Source: Kiritimatiellia bacterium (GTDB lineage Bacteria > Verrucomicrobiota > Kiritimatiellia > RFP12 > UBA1067). Taken from it: 64,000 nucleotides of DNA. Position numbers and translations under genes: made by a program. The stretch is from the NCBI GenBank assembly GCA_050949565.1, contig JBMNFY010000008.1, forward strand, positions 341,488 to 405,487, in the 5' to 3' direction. This document shows positions 25,231 to 35,663 of this stretch, piece by piece (position 1 is the stretch's first letter; every line of letters begins with the position of its first letter). The notes beneath the pieces are model-generated. The model made no database searches. It was not told where the DNA came from and was given only the letters and a program-made list of their open reading frames with translations.

Positions 25231-27732
25231 TCACTCTGTCCCCTGCCCTGCCTTGATCCTGAGAATCGTGAACGAATACGCGGGAAGTGTCACCTGCGAA
25301 CCTGCACCCGGAATGTCAAGCGTGTCCTCTTGCGGCGCGATCTTGCGCGGCTCCTCCATCGTATTGACATCGTCCGGCCGACCGGCCAGCGTGATGCGCC
25401 GCGCCTTCTGCGCCTGCACATTCGCGCCTGCCAAATTGAGCGCGAGCGTCACCGGCGCGTTGTGCGGATTGACGCCCTTCACCACGATCTCGCCCGCCGT
25501 CCTGTCATAGCCGGCCACGAGATAAGCGCGCGCCGTCTGTCCGTTCGGCAGCAGCCGGTCAAAGAGCGGCTGGCCGTCAAGCCAAGCGCGAACACGTTCG
25601 CCCTCAAGCTGGATCTTGATCGCATACCAGCGTCCGGTCTCAATCGATCCGGGCTGGCAGATAATCCGATTCTGTCCGTTCTGTTCGATGCCGTGTTCCT
25701 TGTTGTCCCAACCACCGAGGTTCAGATGAATCATCTTATCGCGTTGGTCGCGGACGCGGATGATAAAACCCTCCTTGCCCGATAATTTGCGGGCGTTGAG
25801 TTCGAGCGTGTAGTTCTCCCACGACGCGCCCGCGATGAAACTGATAACGGTCTCCCGTACCGTCGCATCGGATTGACGCAACACACCATCCTTGACCGAC
25901 CACACGCCCTCCTTGGGCTTCGACCAGCCCCTCGTGCCCGCCTTCGGATCAAAGGTGTAGAGGGTCTCGCCGCCGCGCGTGACGCGGATGTCCTTAAATT
26001 CGGCAGCCGTCTCCCATGTGTGCAGCCCGATCGTCCCCGTCGGCGGTAGCGGCGCGAGATTGTCCGGCACTTCTACAGGCAGCAGCACATCCGGCAGGTT
26101 GTTCATAAACAATTTCTGCACGTAATATGAAGGCGTGCCAAAGACGCGCGTGTTGTCGAACCAAATGAGATCGATGCCCCACTGCTTGCTACCGATCTTG
26201 TTGAAGAGCGGCGCATAGGCCGCCATACACACCACATCCGAGTTACGCTCAAATCCGGTCATCGCGGCCGCTTCACACAGCGCGGCGAGCAGGTTGTTCT
26301 TGCGGTCACGCGTATGGCAGGCGTATTCGCCGACATAGACCTTCGGGCCGTTACGGTCATAGCGGTCGTAGCGCGTTGCCTGAGCCAGAAACCACTCCGG
26401 CGGCTTGTAGTAGTGCTCGTCCACCAGTTCGGCCTTCATCTCCGTCAACCGGTTCCACGCCAACTCGAATGTCGGTCCCTCGGGGGCTGCACCGGCAGAG
26501 GAGATAAGCGTGATCTCGGGGTGTTTGGCCTTGAGCGCCTTGGCGATGATCTCGTAGCGATCGAGGAACGGATGATCCCAGTTCTCATTGCCGATCCCCA
26601 GATACTTGAGATTGAAGGGCGCGGGATGGCCCATCTCGGCGCGTACGCGACCCCACGGTGTGTCCGGTGCGCCGTTGGCAAACTCGATCAGGTCGAGAGC
26701 GTCGCGGATCACCAGATCAAGGCTGTCGAGCGGCAGATACTCCGTCGGCTTGCGGAACTGACAGGTCAAGCCCGCGGCCAAGATCGGTAGTGGCTCGGCG
26801 CCGAGATCCTCGGCCATTTGAAAGTATTCGTAATAGCCCAGTCCGTGGCTCTGCCAGTACCCCCAGAGGTTGTGGTTCACCGCGCGGCGTTCCAGCGGTC
26901 CGACCGTGCGTTTCCAGTGATACTGTGTCTCAAAGCTACGTCCTTCCACTAGACAGCCGCCAGGGAAGCGCAGGGTCGCGGGTTTCAACTCTGCCAGCAT
27001 CTCCATCAGGTCTTTGCGGAGTCCGTTCTTGCGGCCCTTGTAGGTGTCTTGCGGGAAAAGCGAAACCAGATCGAGATCCACGGTACCGCGCGCATCGAGC
27101 AACACCACGAGCCGCGCGTTCGTCACCGTCGCGGTCGGCGTGAAGAGCGCCTCGTAACGCGCCCAAGGCGCAGGCGGCGGCGAGTCCAGCGGCGAAGCGA
27201 TCCGCCCATCTGGACACGTCGTCTTCCAAGCCTCCTTCGCGATACGGAACGCAGCCAGCGACTGCCGCTGCGCATCTTCCAGTTGCACGGTGAGCCCGCC
27301 CGCATAGTCGGCGTGCCGACGCGCGTAGAAGGAGAGCGCATACGTTTTGCCCTGCTGCACCGCGATGCCGCCGAAGCCGTCATTGGCGACGCCCGCGCCT
27401 TGGCCTGGCGCGTAACACTCGATACGCAGATACTGGAAGGTGTTGGGATGCACCGGATCGGCCCCCTGCAGCGACACCCTCCCCATCGCCCCGTCGCGCC
27501 ATTCACGCGACCATCCTTCAGGTCCCTGCGTACGCCAGTCGAATCCCCGGTTCGCGATCAACTCAGGATAGAGGCCACCATCAGCCGCATAATTGATGTC
27601 CTCAAAAAAGATGCCGTAGAGCGTTCGCGGAATCGCATGCCCCGGCCTATCTGCCCGCACCGTGACGGACAGAGGCTCCTGAGCGTATCCCACCAACACC
27701 GCCATCGCACAACCGACCAACACTTTTTTCAT
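25231..27732 (-). CDS. Alpha-L-arabinofuranosidase, GH51
   Basis: YGIFFEDINYAADGGLYPE, LRFPGGC, GIGNENW, DEHYY, YVGEYA, AYAPLF; extra lectin-like insert in the C-terminal half. Confidence 0.92.
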   Translation of the reverse strand: MKKVLVGCAMAVLVGYAQEPLSVTVRADRPGHAIPRTLYGIFFEDINYAADGGLYPELIANRGFDWRTQGPEGWSREWRDGAMGRVSLQGADPVHPNTFQYLRIECYAPGQGAGVANDGFGGIAVQQGKTYALSFYARRHADYAGGLTVQLEDAQRQSLAAFRIAKEAWKTTCPDGRIASPLDSPPPAPWARYEALFTPTATVTNARLVVLLDARGTVDLDLVSLFPQDTYKGRKNGLRKDLMEMLAELKPATLRFPGGCLVEGRSFETQYHWKRTVGPLERRAVNHNLWGYWQSHGLGYYEYFQMAEDLGAEPLPILAAGLTCQFRKPTEYLPLDSLDLVIRDALDLIEFANGAPDTPWGRVRAEMGHPAPFNLKYLGIGNENWDHPFLDRYEIIAKALKAKHPEITLISSAGAAPEGPTFELAWNRLTEMKAELVDEHYYKPPEWFLAQATRYDRYDRNGPKVYVGEYACHTRDRKNNLLAALCEAAAMTGFERNSDVVCMAAYAPLFNKIGSKQWGIDLIWFDNTRVFGTPSYYVQKLFMNNLPDVLLPVEVPDNLAPLPPTGTIGLHTWETAAEFKDIRVTRGGETLYTFDPKAGTRGWSKPKEGVWSVKDGVLRQSDATVRETVISFIAGASWENYTLELNARKLSGKEGFIIRVRDQRDKMIHLNLGGWDNKEHGIEQNGQNRIICQPGSIETGRWYAIKIQLEGERVRAWLDGQPLFDRLLPNGQTARAYLVAGYDRTAGEIVVKGVNPHNAPVTLALNLAGANVQAQKARRITLAGRPDDVNTMEEPRKIAPQEDTLDIPGAGSQVTLPAYSFTILRIKAGQGTE

Positions 27733-27810
27733 CAGTCACCCCTTTTCCGGCATCATACCAATTCCAAAGACGGACCGACAAGGGCGGCATTTGCGGTTTC
27801 TGTTTCCTAG

Positions 27811-27865
27811 TTGTGCGGGAATTCGCTAACATGTGGACGTTTTTGAATCGTGAAGAACCGCACAA
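27811..27865. promoter_or_regulatory. Putative Rex operators (autoregulation)
   Basis: TCGTGAAGAACCGCACAA (11/14 to TTGTGAA-N4-TTCACAA) and TTGTGCGGGAATTCGCTA (10/14); outer halves TTGTGCGG/CCGCACAA are perfectly inverted. Confidence 0.5.
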
Positions 27866-27879
27866 CACAAGGATGCTCC

Positions 27880-28524
27880 ATGAGCAGGGCGCAAAAAAAT
27901 GAGATCGGCGACCGGATGGTCAAGCGGCTCCCCCTGTATCTGCGCGTGCTGCGCGAGATGGCAGACCGTGGCGACATCTATGCGTCAGGCGCGGTCGTCG
28001 CCAAGACGCTGTCGCTGGATCCGATCGTGGTCCGCAAAGACCTGTCGCAAACCGGCGTGCGCGGCAAACCGCGCCTCGGCTTCCCGTTGATCGAGATTAT
28101 CGACGCCATCGAGAATTATCTCGGATGGGACGCGCCCACTGAAGCGGTGCTGGCTGGCGCGGGTCGCTTGGGTTCGGCGCTGCTGGGCTATCCGGGATTC
28201 CGCGAACACGGCTTCAAGATCCTCGCCGCGTTTGATGTCGCCCCAAAACGGCGTAACCTGATCGCCGGCATCCCGGTCTATCCTGCTTCGCAGATCACCG
28301 AAACCGTGCGCCGCCTGAAGGTCGAGTTGGGCATCCTCACGGTTCCGGCCGACCAAGCGCAAAGCGTAGCCGACGCCTTGATCGCGGGCGGCGTGCGCGG
28401 CATCTGGAATTTCACGCCGGTGCAAATCATCGTGCCCCCAGAGGTCACGGTCAAACGTGAGGACCTTGCAGCCAGCCTCGCCGTGCTCTCGCGCCGCCTG
28501 CGCCAAGGAGACAAAGAACGATGA
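27880..28524 (+). CDS. rex: Redox-sensing transcriptional repressor Rex
   Basis: KRLPLYLR..VRKDLS..G, GAGRLGSAL Rossmann motif, GIWNFTP. Confidence 0.93.
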   Translation: MSRAQKNEIGDRMVKRLPLYLRVLREMADRGDIYASGAVVAKTLSLDPIVVRKDLSQTGVRGKPRLGFPLIEIIDAIENYLGWDAPTEAVLAGAGRLGSALLGYPGFREHGFKILAAFDVAPKRRNLIAGIPVYPASQITETVRRLKVELGILTVPADQAQSVADALIAGGVRGIWNFTPVQIIVPPEVTVKREDLAASLAVLSRRLRQGDKER

Positions 28525-29693
28525 TCACAGGTATCGATGTCCTGAGCGCCAAACGCTTCGATCTGCTGCGCAACCGCCGCGTGGGCCTGCTCAGCCACCA
28601 GGCCGCGCTGACGGCGAACGGTGCGACTTCAGCCCAACTCCTGCACCGTGCCCTCGGCTCGCGCCTGACAGCCCTCTACGGACCGGAACACGGTTTCTTC
28701 GGACAGGCCAGCGCGGGTGAACACACCTTTTCCCGACGTCACCCAGACTGGGACATCCCGGTTTACGCGCTCTACGGCGAACGCAGCGCGCCCACACCCG
28801 AGATGCTGGAGGGCATCGATGTGATGGTCTGCGATTTGCAGGACTTGGGCGTGCGCTGCTACACCTATCTCGCCACACTGCGCAACATGCTGGAGGCATG
28901 CGCAGCCGCGCAGGTGGAGGTGGTCGTGACCGATCGTCCGATCCCGCTGCCGCACGCGGTGGACGGACCGATGCTCGACCCGCGCTTCGCCAGTTTCGTC
29001 GCTCCCTGCCCCCTGCCGCTGGTCTACGGTATGACGCCGGCCGAAACCGCGCTCTGGCTGCGCCAAACGCTTAAGCTGGACCTAAACCTGCAAGTAGTGC
29101 CGATGGCGGAGTGGCAACGCGACGACGCCGCGTGGGACGGCTCGCGTCCCGCCTTCCTCCCTCCCTCGCCGGGCATCAAGACGTGGGAGAGCGCGATGAC
29201 CTACGCAGCCACGGTTTTCACGGAAGCCCTGCCGGGTATCGACTGCGGCCGGAATACCAACCTCGCCTTCCGCGTGCTGGGCGCACCTTGGTTGCGGGCC
29301 GAAGCCTTTTGCCAACGCATGGCGCGTCGGCCACTGCCCGGCATGACGCTCCACCCTCACCGTTATACCGCAGGCACAGGCACCCACGCCGGCCGGGAGT
29401 TCGACGGCGTACGCCTGACCGTCACCGACCCCGTGCGCGCACGACCTGCCGAGGTTTCCCTGCTTTTGCTGCACGCGCTCGCAGAGGAGTACGGCAAGGC
29501 GCGCGTGTGGCGTCACAAAGGCGTGCGCCCCAACTGGTTTGACAAGCTCTACGGCACCGACCGCACGCGCCAACAACTGCTAGCAGATACGCCGCCGTCC
29601 GCGATCTTCAGCGAGTGGCGCAAGTCCCGGCGTGCGTTTGAACGCGCGCGTTCCAACTGTCTGCTCTACAAGGACAAGACCGAATGCGTCTAA
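28521..29693 (+). CDS. DUF1343/NamZ exo-beta-N-acetylmuramidase family protein
   Basis: GPEHGFFG, DLQDLGVRCYTY, DRP, YGMTPAE, PSP. Confidence 0.88.
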   Translation: MITGIDVLSAKRFDLLRNRRVGLLSHQAALTANGATSAQLLHRALGSRLTALYGPEHGFFGQASAGEHTFSRRHPDWDIPVYALYGERSAPTPEMLEGIDVMVCDLQDLGVRCYTYLATLRNMLEACAAAQVEVVVTDRPIPLPHAVDGPMLDPRFASFVAPCPLPLVYGMTPAETALWLRQTLKLDLNLQVVPMAEWQRDDAAWDGSRPAFLPPSPGIKTWESAMTYAATVFTEALPGIDCGRNTNLAFRVLGAPWLRAEAFCQRMARRPLPGMTLHPHRYTAGTGTHAGREFDGVRLTVTDPVRARPAEVSLLLLHALAEEYGKARVWRHKGVRPNWFDKLYGTDRTRQQLLADTPPSAIFSEWRKSRRAFERARSNCLLYKDKTECV

Positions 29694-30664
29694 TCACCGT
29701 GAGCCTGCTTGCCTGTCTAACCTCTACGCGGGTGAATACCGCACCGATCCACTTCACGCACATGGCCGATGCCTCAGCAGGTGAAAGCGTGGGCCATGAC
29801 TTGATCGTCGTAGCCAATGACGAGGACAACCTGCTGCGCGTCTACCGCCTGCCGGACGGCGGCGCACCGATCACGGCGTGGGACCTCAGTCCGTATATGG
29901 CATTGGAAAAGAAATCGCCAGAGATGGACATCGAAGGTTCGGCCCGTATCGCTGACACGATCTACTGGATCACCTCGCATGCCCCCAACAAGCAAGGCAA
30001 GGCGCGGCCCAATCGCAAGCGCTTCTTCGCAACGCGCATTCGCCTAGAAAAAGGCCAGCCGCGCTTCGAGCCGGTCGGCAACCCCGTAACCACACTGCTG
30101 GAGGCGCTTGACCGCGATCCTCGCTACGCAGCCTTCGGCCTGACCGCCGCCGCGCTCAAACCGCCCAAAACTCCGGGCAGCCTCAATATCGAAGCGCTCT
30201 GCGCAACCGAAAGCGGCGGACTGCTGATCGGCTTCCGCTCGCCCGTGCCCGGCGGTGCCGCATTGCTCGCCCCGCTCGAAAATCCGGCCGAGACGGTCAA
30301 CGGCCAGCCGCCACGTTTCGGCGCACCGATACTGCTGAATCTCGGCGGCAACGGCATCCGCGCCATGATCCGCACGGCGGACGGCTTCCTCATCATGTCG
30401 GGTTCGGCGCTGAGTGGCGGCGAAGCGCGCCTTTACACGTGGAACGGGCGGAGCGACACGCCGCCCGTCCTGCGCCCCATCCGCTTTCCGTCCGACACCA
30501 CGCCCGAAGGCTTGATCGCGATCGAGCATAACGGCGTCGCCGACATCCTGATACTCAGCGACGACGGCACGCAACTGGTAGACGGACAACCGGCCAAGGG
30601 CCATCCCGACCCTGCCCGCCGCACCTTCCGCGGCTTTCTGTTGAGTGGCCTCAAAACCCAATAG
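29684..30664 (+). CDS. DUF3616-like beta-propeller protein
   Basis: DASA..NDEDN, DIEGSA..YWITSH, LNIEAL, LLIGFRSP, PEGL..LSDDG. Confidence 0.7.
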   Translation: MRLITVSLLACLTSTRVNTAPIHFTHMADASAGESVGHDLIVVANDEDNLLRVYRLPDGGAPITAWDLSPYMALEKKSPEMDIEGSARIADTIYWITSHAPNKQGKARPNRKRFFATRIRLEKGQPRFEPVGNPVTTLLEALDRDPRYAAFGLTAAALKPPKTPGSLNIEALCATESGGLLIGFRSPVPGGAALLAPLENPAETVNGQPPRFGAPILLNLGGNGIRAMIRTADGFLIMSGSALSGGEARLYTWNGRSDTPPVLRPIRFPSDTTPEGLIAIEHNGVADILILSDDGTQLVDGQPAKGHPDPARRTFRGFLLSGLKTQ

Positions 30665-30689
30665 TCCTGCAAAAAATCCCAAATCCTAT

Positions 30690-31062
30690 TTGACATGATT
30701 AACATGATTATTGTGCCGTGCGCGGCGTGGCGGCGAAATCTGGAGTGCGGTGACAAGAGCCGCGCTGTGCGCGGGTCGCGGCACCGCTTTCTCTCCGCGC
30801 CGTGCGCGGGCACACTGTCGAATACACTTAGTCGCCACACCTAGTGCTTTGTTTCATTTGTACAGCGACACTAAAGGGCATGGCTACGGTAATAATTGAT
30901 TCGCATTAGTTTGTCTGGGAGCACGCTGTTCCCAAAAAACCTCCGTGTTCTCTGTGCCTCTGTGAGAGAAAAAAGCCGAGCCATGCTCCCAAAAATCCTT
31001 CGTGCCCTTCGTGCCTTTGTGTGAGAAAAAACAGAGCAGTACCCCCTGTCACTGACCGATTA
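30690..31062. repeat. Composite intergenic repeat cluster (REP-like unit, CCGAGC-linked triple-repeat cassettes, 19-bp boundary motif)
   Basis: GGAGTGCGGTGACAAGAG.. at about 30742; CTCCGTGTT CTCTGTGC CTCTGTG; CTTCGTGCC CTTCGTGC CTTTGTG; CCCTGTCACTGACCGATTA at 31044-31062. Confidence 0.75.
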
Positions 31063-31074
31063 AGTTTCAACCGC

Positions 31075-32349
31075 TCAACGTTCGCCGATCCGGTAGAGGT
31101 GCGTCTTGGAACGCAGAATGAGATCGTTGGCAACCACAGCCGGTGAGGCCATGAATCCGGTTTTCAATCGGTTGTCGGCCAGCATCTCAAAGGTCCGGCG
31201 CCCCGCTCGCAGGACCGTGGTCTTGCCGGAAACACCGAAACAATAAATGCGGTCGCCACTGCACAACAGCGAAGCCTGATAGTTGCCGCCGACCATCTGC
31301 CGCCAGACGGCCTTGCCGGATGCGATTTCGAAACAGGTCAGGGCACCATAGTCCGAAACCATGTAGCCCAGTCCGCCGTATGCCACCGGCGAGGCCGTAA
31401 GCGGCACATCTTTGCCGCTGACACGCCAAGCGACATGACTGGCAGTCACGTCGCCGCGACCGTCTGGACGTACTCCGATCATCTCGGGTACCCCGAGCCC
31501 GGTAGCCACCACCACCAGACCGTTGGCATAGATCGGACTCACCACCGACGTATGCGATGTGTGCGTCACACGCCAAAGCTCCCGTCCATCCTCTGGCGCA
31601 TAGGCAAAGAGCGCGGTGGAGGCCGGGCTGATCATCTGCTGGCGTCCGTTCACCTCGATGACGATGGGCGTGGCGAACCCTTTGCGGAAATCCCCCTCGC
31701 GCTTGGGCTTGCCGTTCGCGTCGAGATCCTTCCACTCGATCACGCGATCAGTGCGCCAGACCGTCTTGCCGGTACGTGTGTCCAGCGCGATGAGGTACTG
31801 CTGATCGACGCCGTCAAAAGTGAGGATAAGCAGATTACGGTAAAGTAGCATTGACGAACCCGGTCCGCGGTAGTGGCGGCAGGTCAGGTCTTCGCGTTTC
31901 CAAAGCACCTCCCCGCTCGCGGCATCCAGACACGCCGTACCGTAGCTACCGAAATTGACATAGACCCGACCGGATTCAATCGCCGGCGAGGGCGAAGCGT
32001 AACCATTGACGTTATTGCCAAGCGGTTCCGGCGCATCGCAGCGGAAAAGCGGCAACGTGTGCAGAATGCGTCCGGTTTCAGCCTCCACGCAATAGGCGGA
32101 AAACAGATGCCCGTCGTGCGTGGCGCTGGTCAGCCAGATGCGTCCCTCCATCACGACAGGCGTCGACCAGCCGGAGTCCGGAATCGCCGTCTTCCAGCGG
32201 ACGTTATTGGTCTCGCTCCAGTGCAAAGGCAACTCGCGGCTAACAACTGAACCATCGCCGCGCGGCCCGCGAAACATCGTCCACGCCTCTTCAGCGGCCA
32301 AACAGCTCCCCGCCAACACCCCCACCAATCCTATGACGATTGCTTTCAC
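31075..32349 (-). CDS. PQQ-like beta-propeller (BamB-like) secreted protein
   Basis: WTMFRGPRGDG..LPLHWSETNNVRWKT..GWSTPVV; likely GTG start at 32349 (MKAIVIG signal peptide) just after TTGACT-N17-CATGCT. Confidence 0.85.
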   Translation of the reverse strand: MKAIVIGLVGVLAGSCLAAEEAWTMFRGPRGDGSVVSRELPLHWSETNNVRWKTAIPDSGWSTPVVMEGRIWLTSATHDGHLFSAYCVEAETGRILHTLPLFRCDAPEPLGNNVNGYASPSPAIESGRVYVNFGSYGTACLDAASGEVLWKREDLTCRHYRGPGSSMLLYRNLLILTFDGVDQQYLIALDTRTGKTVWRTDRVIEWKDLDANGKPKREGDFRKGFATPIVIEVNGRQQMISPASTALFAYAPEDGRELWRVTHTSHTSVVSPIYANGLVVVATGLGVPEMIGVRPDGRGDVTASHVAWRVSGKDVPLTASPVAYGGLGYMVSDYGALTCFEIASGKAVWRQMVGGNYQASLLCSGDRIYCFGVSGKTTVLRAGRRTFEMLADNRLKTGFMASPAVVANDLILRSKTHLYRIGER

Positions 32350-32439
32350 ACCGCCAAGCATGCCCAAACCGCCCTGCATAGTCAAGCGAGTCTTGAGCCC
32401 CTGAAGGTGAAGATGGGATACCGTTTTTTTAGACATGAT

Positions 32440-32570
32440 TTCCCGCTGCGCGGGCGCATAAACGACATGATTGACATGATTGATGAACGTTGTGCCGTGC
32501 GTGGCGCGGCAGAAAAATTTGGAGTGCGGTGACAAGAGTCGCGCTGTGCGCGGGCGCGGCACCGCTTTAC
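32440..32570. repeat. REP-like repeat (inverse copy of the 3680-3810 unit)
   Basis: GACATGATTGACATGATT..TTTGGAGTGCGGTGACAAGAGTCGCGCTGTGCGCGGG..CACCGCTTT. Confidence 0.75.
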
Positions 32571-32630
32571 ACCCACGCCCACCCAGTCCTCATTTTACTC
32601 CCGCAATGGGATCTACATTCCACTTCCGAC

Positions 32631-33422
32631 TCACTCTTGATCCCACACCTTCATGAGCATTCGCGTTGCGAGATACGTAATCAGCGCATAGACGAGGCCG
32701 AAGGCTATCGCCCTGCCGGTCTCAATCATGAGTGGCGTTCTGTTTTCGACCCGAATTCTGACCCAGCGCAAGTACCAAAGCCCGAAGGATGGGATAAAAC
32801 CGATCACCCAAGCACCGAAGAGATGAAAGCCGATAGAGATGCGTGTGGACATCGAAACAACCATTTCCACAAGAAAGACAAGGAGGAAAACGGCGAAACC
32901 AAGCATTGGAATGGAAAGCAGACTTCTCAGGGCGTGTGAGTACTCTGCGTATATGGGCAGTTGTCCGAACATAACGCGAATCACCGAATTCCACTGGGGA
33001 GATGTGAAGTGATTGACGAGGAAGATGGCCATCACAGGAATGAGCGAACACATAGGAATCACGTACAGGGTAAGCCATGAGAAGAGCCCTCGAAATCTCT
33101 TCGGTAAAGCACACGGTCTTTCACTATCCGACGGCAGGAGCACGTCCTGAGGTTTTTCGACGCTTTGCTTGTTCTGACCAAGCTTGATAACCGCCACGAT
33201 GACGATCACGATTCCAATAGGGCAGGCGACCCAACCGGCCATTGTCGCGTACAGCACAAAGCGAATGTTATCGGCAAGCCCTTCAGGTTGCGGCTGGGAC
33301 TGGGCAAGATTTACGAACGCCAGAACCATGCCGATGACAGTCCCGATCACGCCCCAGACCGGACCTGCAGCGAGAACGATGCCCGCGCCCAACCAACAGA
33401 TCAATTTCTCTTTTCTGTTCAT
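32631..33422 (-). CDS. Membrane protein with N-terminal MotA/TolQ/ExbB-like segment
   Basis: ATG at 33422; GPVWGVIGTVIGMVLAF..LADNIRFVLYATMAG, then further TM helices. Confidence 0.6.
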   Translation of the reverse strand: MNRKEKLICWLGAGIVLAAGPVWGVIGTVIGMVLAFVNLAQSQPQPEGLADNIRFVLYATMAGWVACPIGIVIVIVAVIKLGQNKQSVEKPQDVLLPSDSERPCALPKRFRGLFSWLTLYVIPMCSLIPVMAIFLVNHFTSPQWNSVIRVMFGQLPIYAEYSHALRSLLSIPMLGFAVFLLVFLVEMVVSMSTRISIGFHLFGAWVIGFIPSFGLWYLRWVRIRVENRTPLMIETGRAIAFGLVYALITYLATRMLMKVWDQE

Positions 33423-33511
33423 CCCTGATCCCAACGACACATACCATACAAAACCGGCCTTGCCCTGTCGAACGCAGTTTCGGGCACGAGGATACAAGTA
33501 AACTTGCACGG

Positions 33512-33540
33512 TTGCATTTCTCTGCCGCACTCCGTACACT
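33512..33540 (+). promoter_or_regulatory. Sigma70 promoter, likely leaderless pyrC transcript
   Basis: TTGCAT-N17-TACACT with GTG start 6 nt downstream and no SD. Confidence 0.6.
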
Positions 33541-33546
33541 AGTTGC

Positions 33547-34842
33547 GTGATGACGACCTTTTACCTTCAAAACGTGCGGATTCTGGATCACGCGCGCAAC
33601 CGCGATGAAATCGCCGATCTTTACGTGCGCGACGGGATGATCGTCGCCTGCTCCGCTCCCCCCGCAGACGTGCCGCGCATCAATGCCGACGGCCTGCTGG
33701 TCGCGCCGGGCTTCTGGGATGTCCATGTCCATTTCCGCGATCCGGGTGCCCCCGCCGCCGAAACGCGCCGCACCGGTGCGGCCGCAGCTGCGGCCGGCGG
33801 ATTCACGCGGGTCGTGACCATGCCCAATACCATGCCCGCTGGCGACACGCCCGCCTGGGTACGTGAGCAGATTGAGGACGACCTGCCGGTCCGGATTCTG
33901 CCTTCCGCCTGTATTACTCAGGGTCGGCAGGGACGTGAAATCGCCGACCTCGATGCCCTCGCCGCCGCCGGTGCCGCCGCCTTTACCGATGACGGCGCAA
34001 TGGTCGCCGACGATGCGGTCATGCGCGAAGCGATGACGCGCGCCAAGCGGCTCGGCAAGCCGATCATGGATCATGCGGTCGTACCGGCGATTGCCAAAAA
34101 CGGCGTGATCCGTGACAGTACGATTGCGCGTCAATTGGGGCTGCCGCTCTTCCCGCCCGAAGCCGAGGTCGAGGCCGTGCTGCGCGATATCCGGCTCTGC
34201 CGCGAAACCCGTTGCGCCACGCACATCCAGCACGTCTCGTGCGCCGATTCGGTGGCGGCCATCCGCGCCGCGCGTGCTGAGGGCTTGCCGGTCACCGGTG
34301 AAGCCTCGCCCCACCACCTTGCAATCGCCGCCGACGATATCCCTGGCGATGACGGCAACTACCGCATGAATCCGCCGCTCGGTAACCATGAGGACGTACG
34401 CGCTCTCCGCGACGGCGTGCTGGACGGCACGCTCAGCCTCTTCGCCACCGACCACGCGCCGCACACCGCCGCGACCAAAACCCGCGGCTTCCTCAAAGCC
34501 GCGTTCGGTGTCATCGGCCTCGAAACTGCGATTGGCGTCACGTGGGAAATCATGGTTCTCCAAGAGAGCCTCTCCCCACTGACGTGGGTTGCCCGCTGGA
34601 CTACCGGCCCCGCCGCGTTGCTAGGTTGCCCCGCGCCTTCCCTCGCGCCCGGCGTGCTCGCGGATCTCGTGGTGATCGACCCGCGAACGCCATGGCGCGT
34701 GACGCCCGACACCTTCCGCTCGCTCTCGCGTAACACACCGTTCGGCGGCTGGACGCTACACGCCCGACCGGTGCTGACGGTCTGCGAGGGCCGCATCACG
34801 TTCACGGACCCGAAAACCATCACTCTGGAGGAACCCGCATGA
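33547..34842 (+). CDS. pyrC: Dihydroorotase (multifunctional-complex type)
   Basis: DVHVHFRDPG, AAAGGFT..MPNT, HIQHVS, PHHL, MNPPL, ATDHAPH, SRNTPF. Confidence 0.92.
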   Translation: MMTTFYLQNVRILDHARNRDEIADLYVRDGMIVACSAPPADVPRINADGLLVAPGFWDVHVHFRDPGAPAAETRRTGAAAAAAGGFTRVVTMPNTMPAGDTPAWVREQIEDDLPVRILPSACITQGRQGREIADLDALAAAGAAAFTDDGAMVADDAVMREAMTRAKRLGKPIMDHAVVPAIAKNGVIRDSTIARQLGLPLFPPEAEVEAVLRDIRLCRETRCATHIQHVSCADSVAAIRAARAEGLPVTGEASPHHLAIAADDIPGDDGNYRMNPPLGNHEDVRALRDGVLDGTLSLFATDHAPHTAATKTRGFLKAAFGVIGLETAIGVTWEIMVLQESLSPLTWVARWTTGPAALLGCPAPSLAPGVLADLVVIDPRTPWRVTPDTFRSLSRNTPFGGWTLHARPVLTVCEGRITFTDPKTITLEEPA

Positions 34843-35663
34843 CCCCTGACTTTTTCGAAACCGCCGCCGCCGCGCTGCCTGATATCTGCCGCGAACCGCC
34901 GCCGGATTGCGGCATGATCCTCGGCTCCGGTTGGAGCAAAGCACTGGCCGTTGACGCGCCGCTGTTGCGCCTGCCCTACAGTGAGATTCCGGGGCTCGGT
35001 GCCAGCACGGTCGTCGGCCACGCCGGCGAGTTCCTGCTTTTCGACCGCCACGGATTGCGCATCGCGGCCTTTATGGGCCGCCGTCACTGGTATGAGGGCG
35101 CGGGTTGGGGACCGGTCGTGATGCCCGTTGAACTGTTGCGCCGCTTGGGCACCCGCAACCTGCTAATCACCAACGCCGCAGGCAGCATCACGCCCTCGTT
35201 CACCCCCGGCGACCTGATGATCATCCGTGACCACATCAATACGGTCGGCATTTCGCCGCTCATCGGACCGGTCATGCCCGGCTGGGGACCGCGCTTTCCG
35301 GATCAATCGCAAATCTACTCACCCGCGCTCATCGACCTGCTGCGCAAAGCCGCGCACGATGCCGGCACGGCTCTTCGCGAGGGCGTCTATGCCTTCACCT
35401 CTGGTCCCGTCTATGAAACCCCGGCCGAGATCCGCGCTTATGCCGGCATGGGCGCCGATGCCGTCGGTATGTCCACCGTGCCCGAAGCCACGGTCGCGAA
35501 CGCCGCTGGCCTGCGTACCGCCGGCCTGAGTTGCATCACCAACATGGCGGCCGGCATCAGCGGCCCGAACCTGTCGCATGAAGGGGTGATCGAACAGACC
35601 CGCAAGACATTGCCGCTCATGGCGGCGCTGCTCGACGCATTTTTGATGCATCTCGCTCAGTAA
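34839..35663 (+). CDS. Purine-nucleoside phosphorylase (trimeric type)
   Basis: ILGSG, GHAG, GRRHWYEG, TNAAG, GPVYETPAE, VGMSTVPE, ITNMAAG. Confidence 0.93.
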   Translation: MTPDFFETAAAALPDICREPPPDCGMILGSGWSKALAVDAPLLRLPYSEIPGLGASTVVGHAGEFLLFDRHGLRIAAFMGRRHWYEGAGWGPVVMPVELLRRLGTRNLLITNAAGSITPSFTPGDLMIIRDHINTVGISPLIGPVMPGWGPRFPDQSQIYSPALIDLLRKAAHDAGTALREGVYAFTSGPVYETPAEIRAYAGMGADAVGMSTVPEATVANAAGLRTAGLSCITNMAAGISGPNLSHEGVIEQTRKTLPLMAALLDAFLMHLAQ

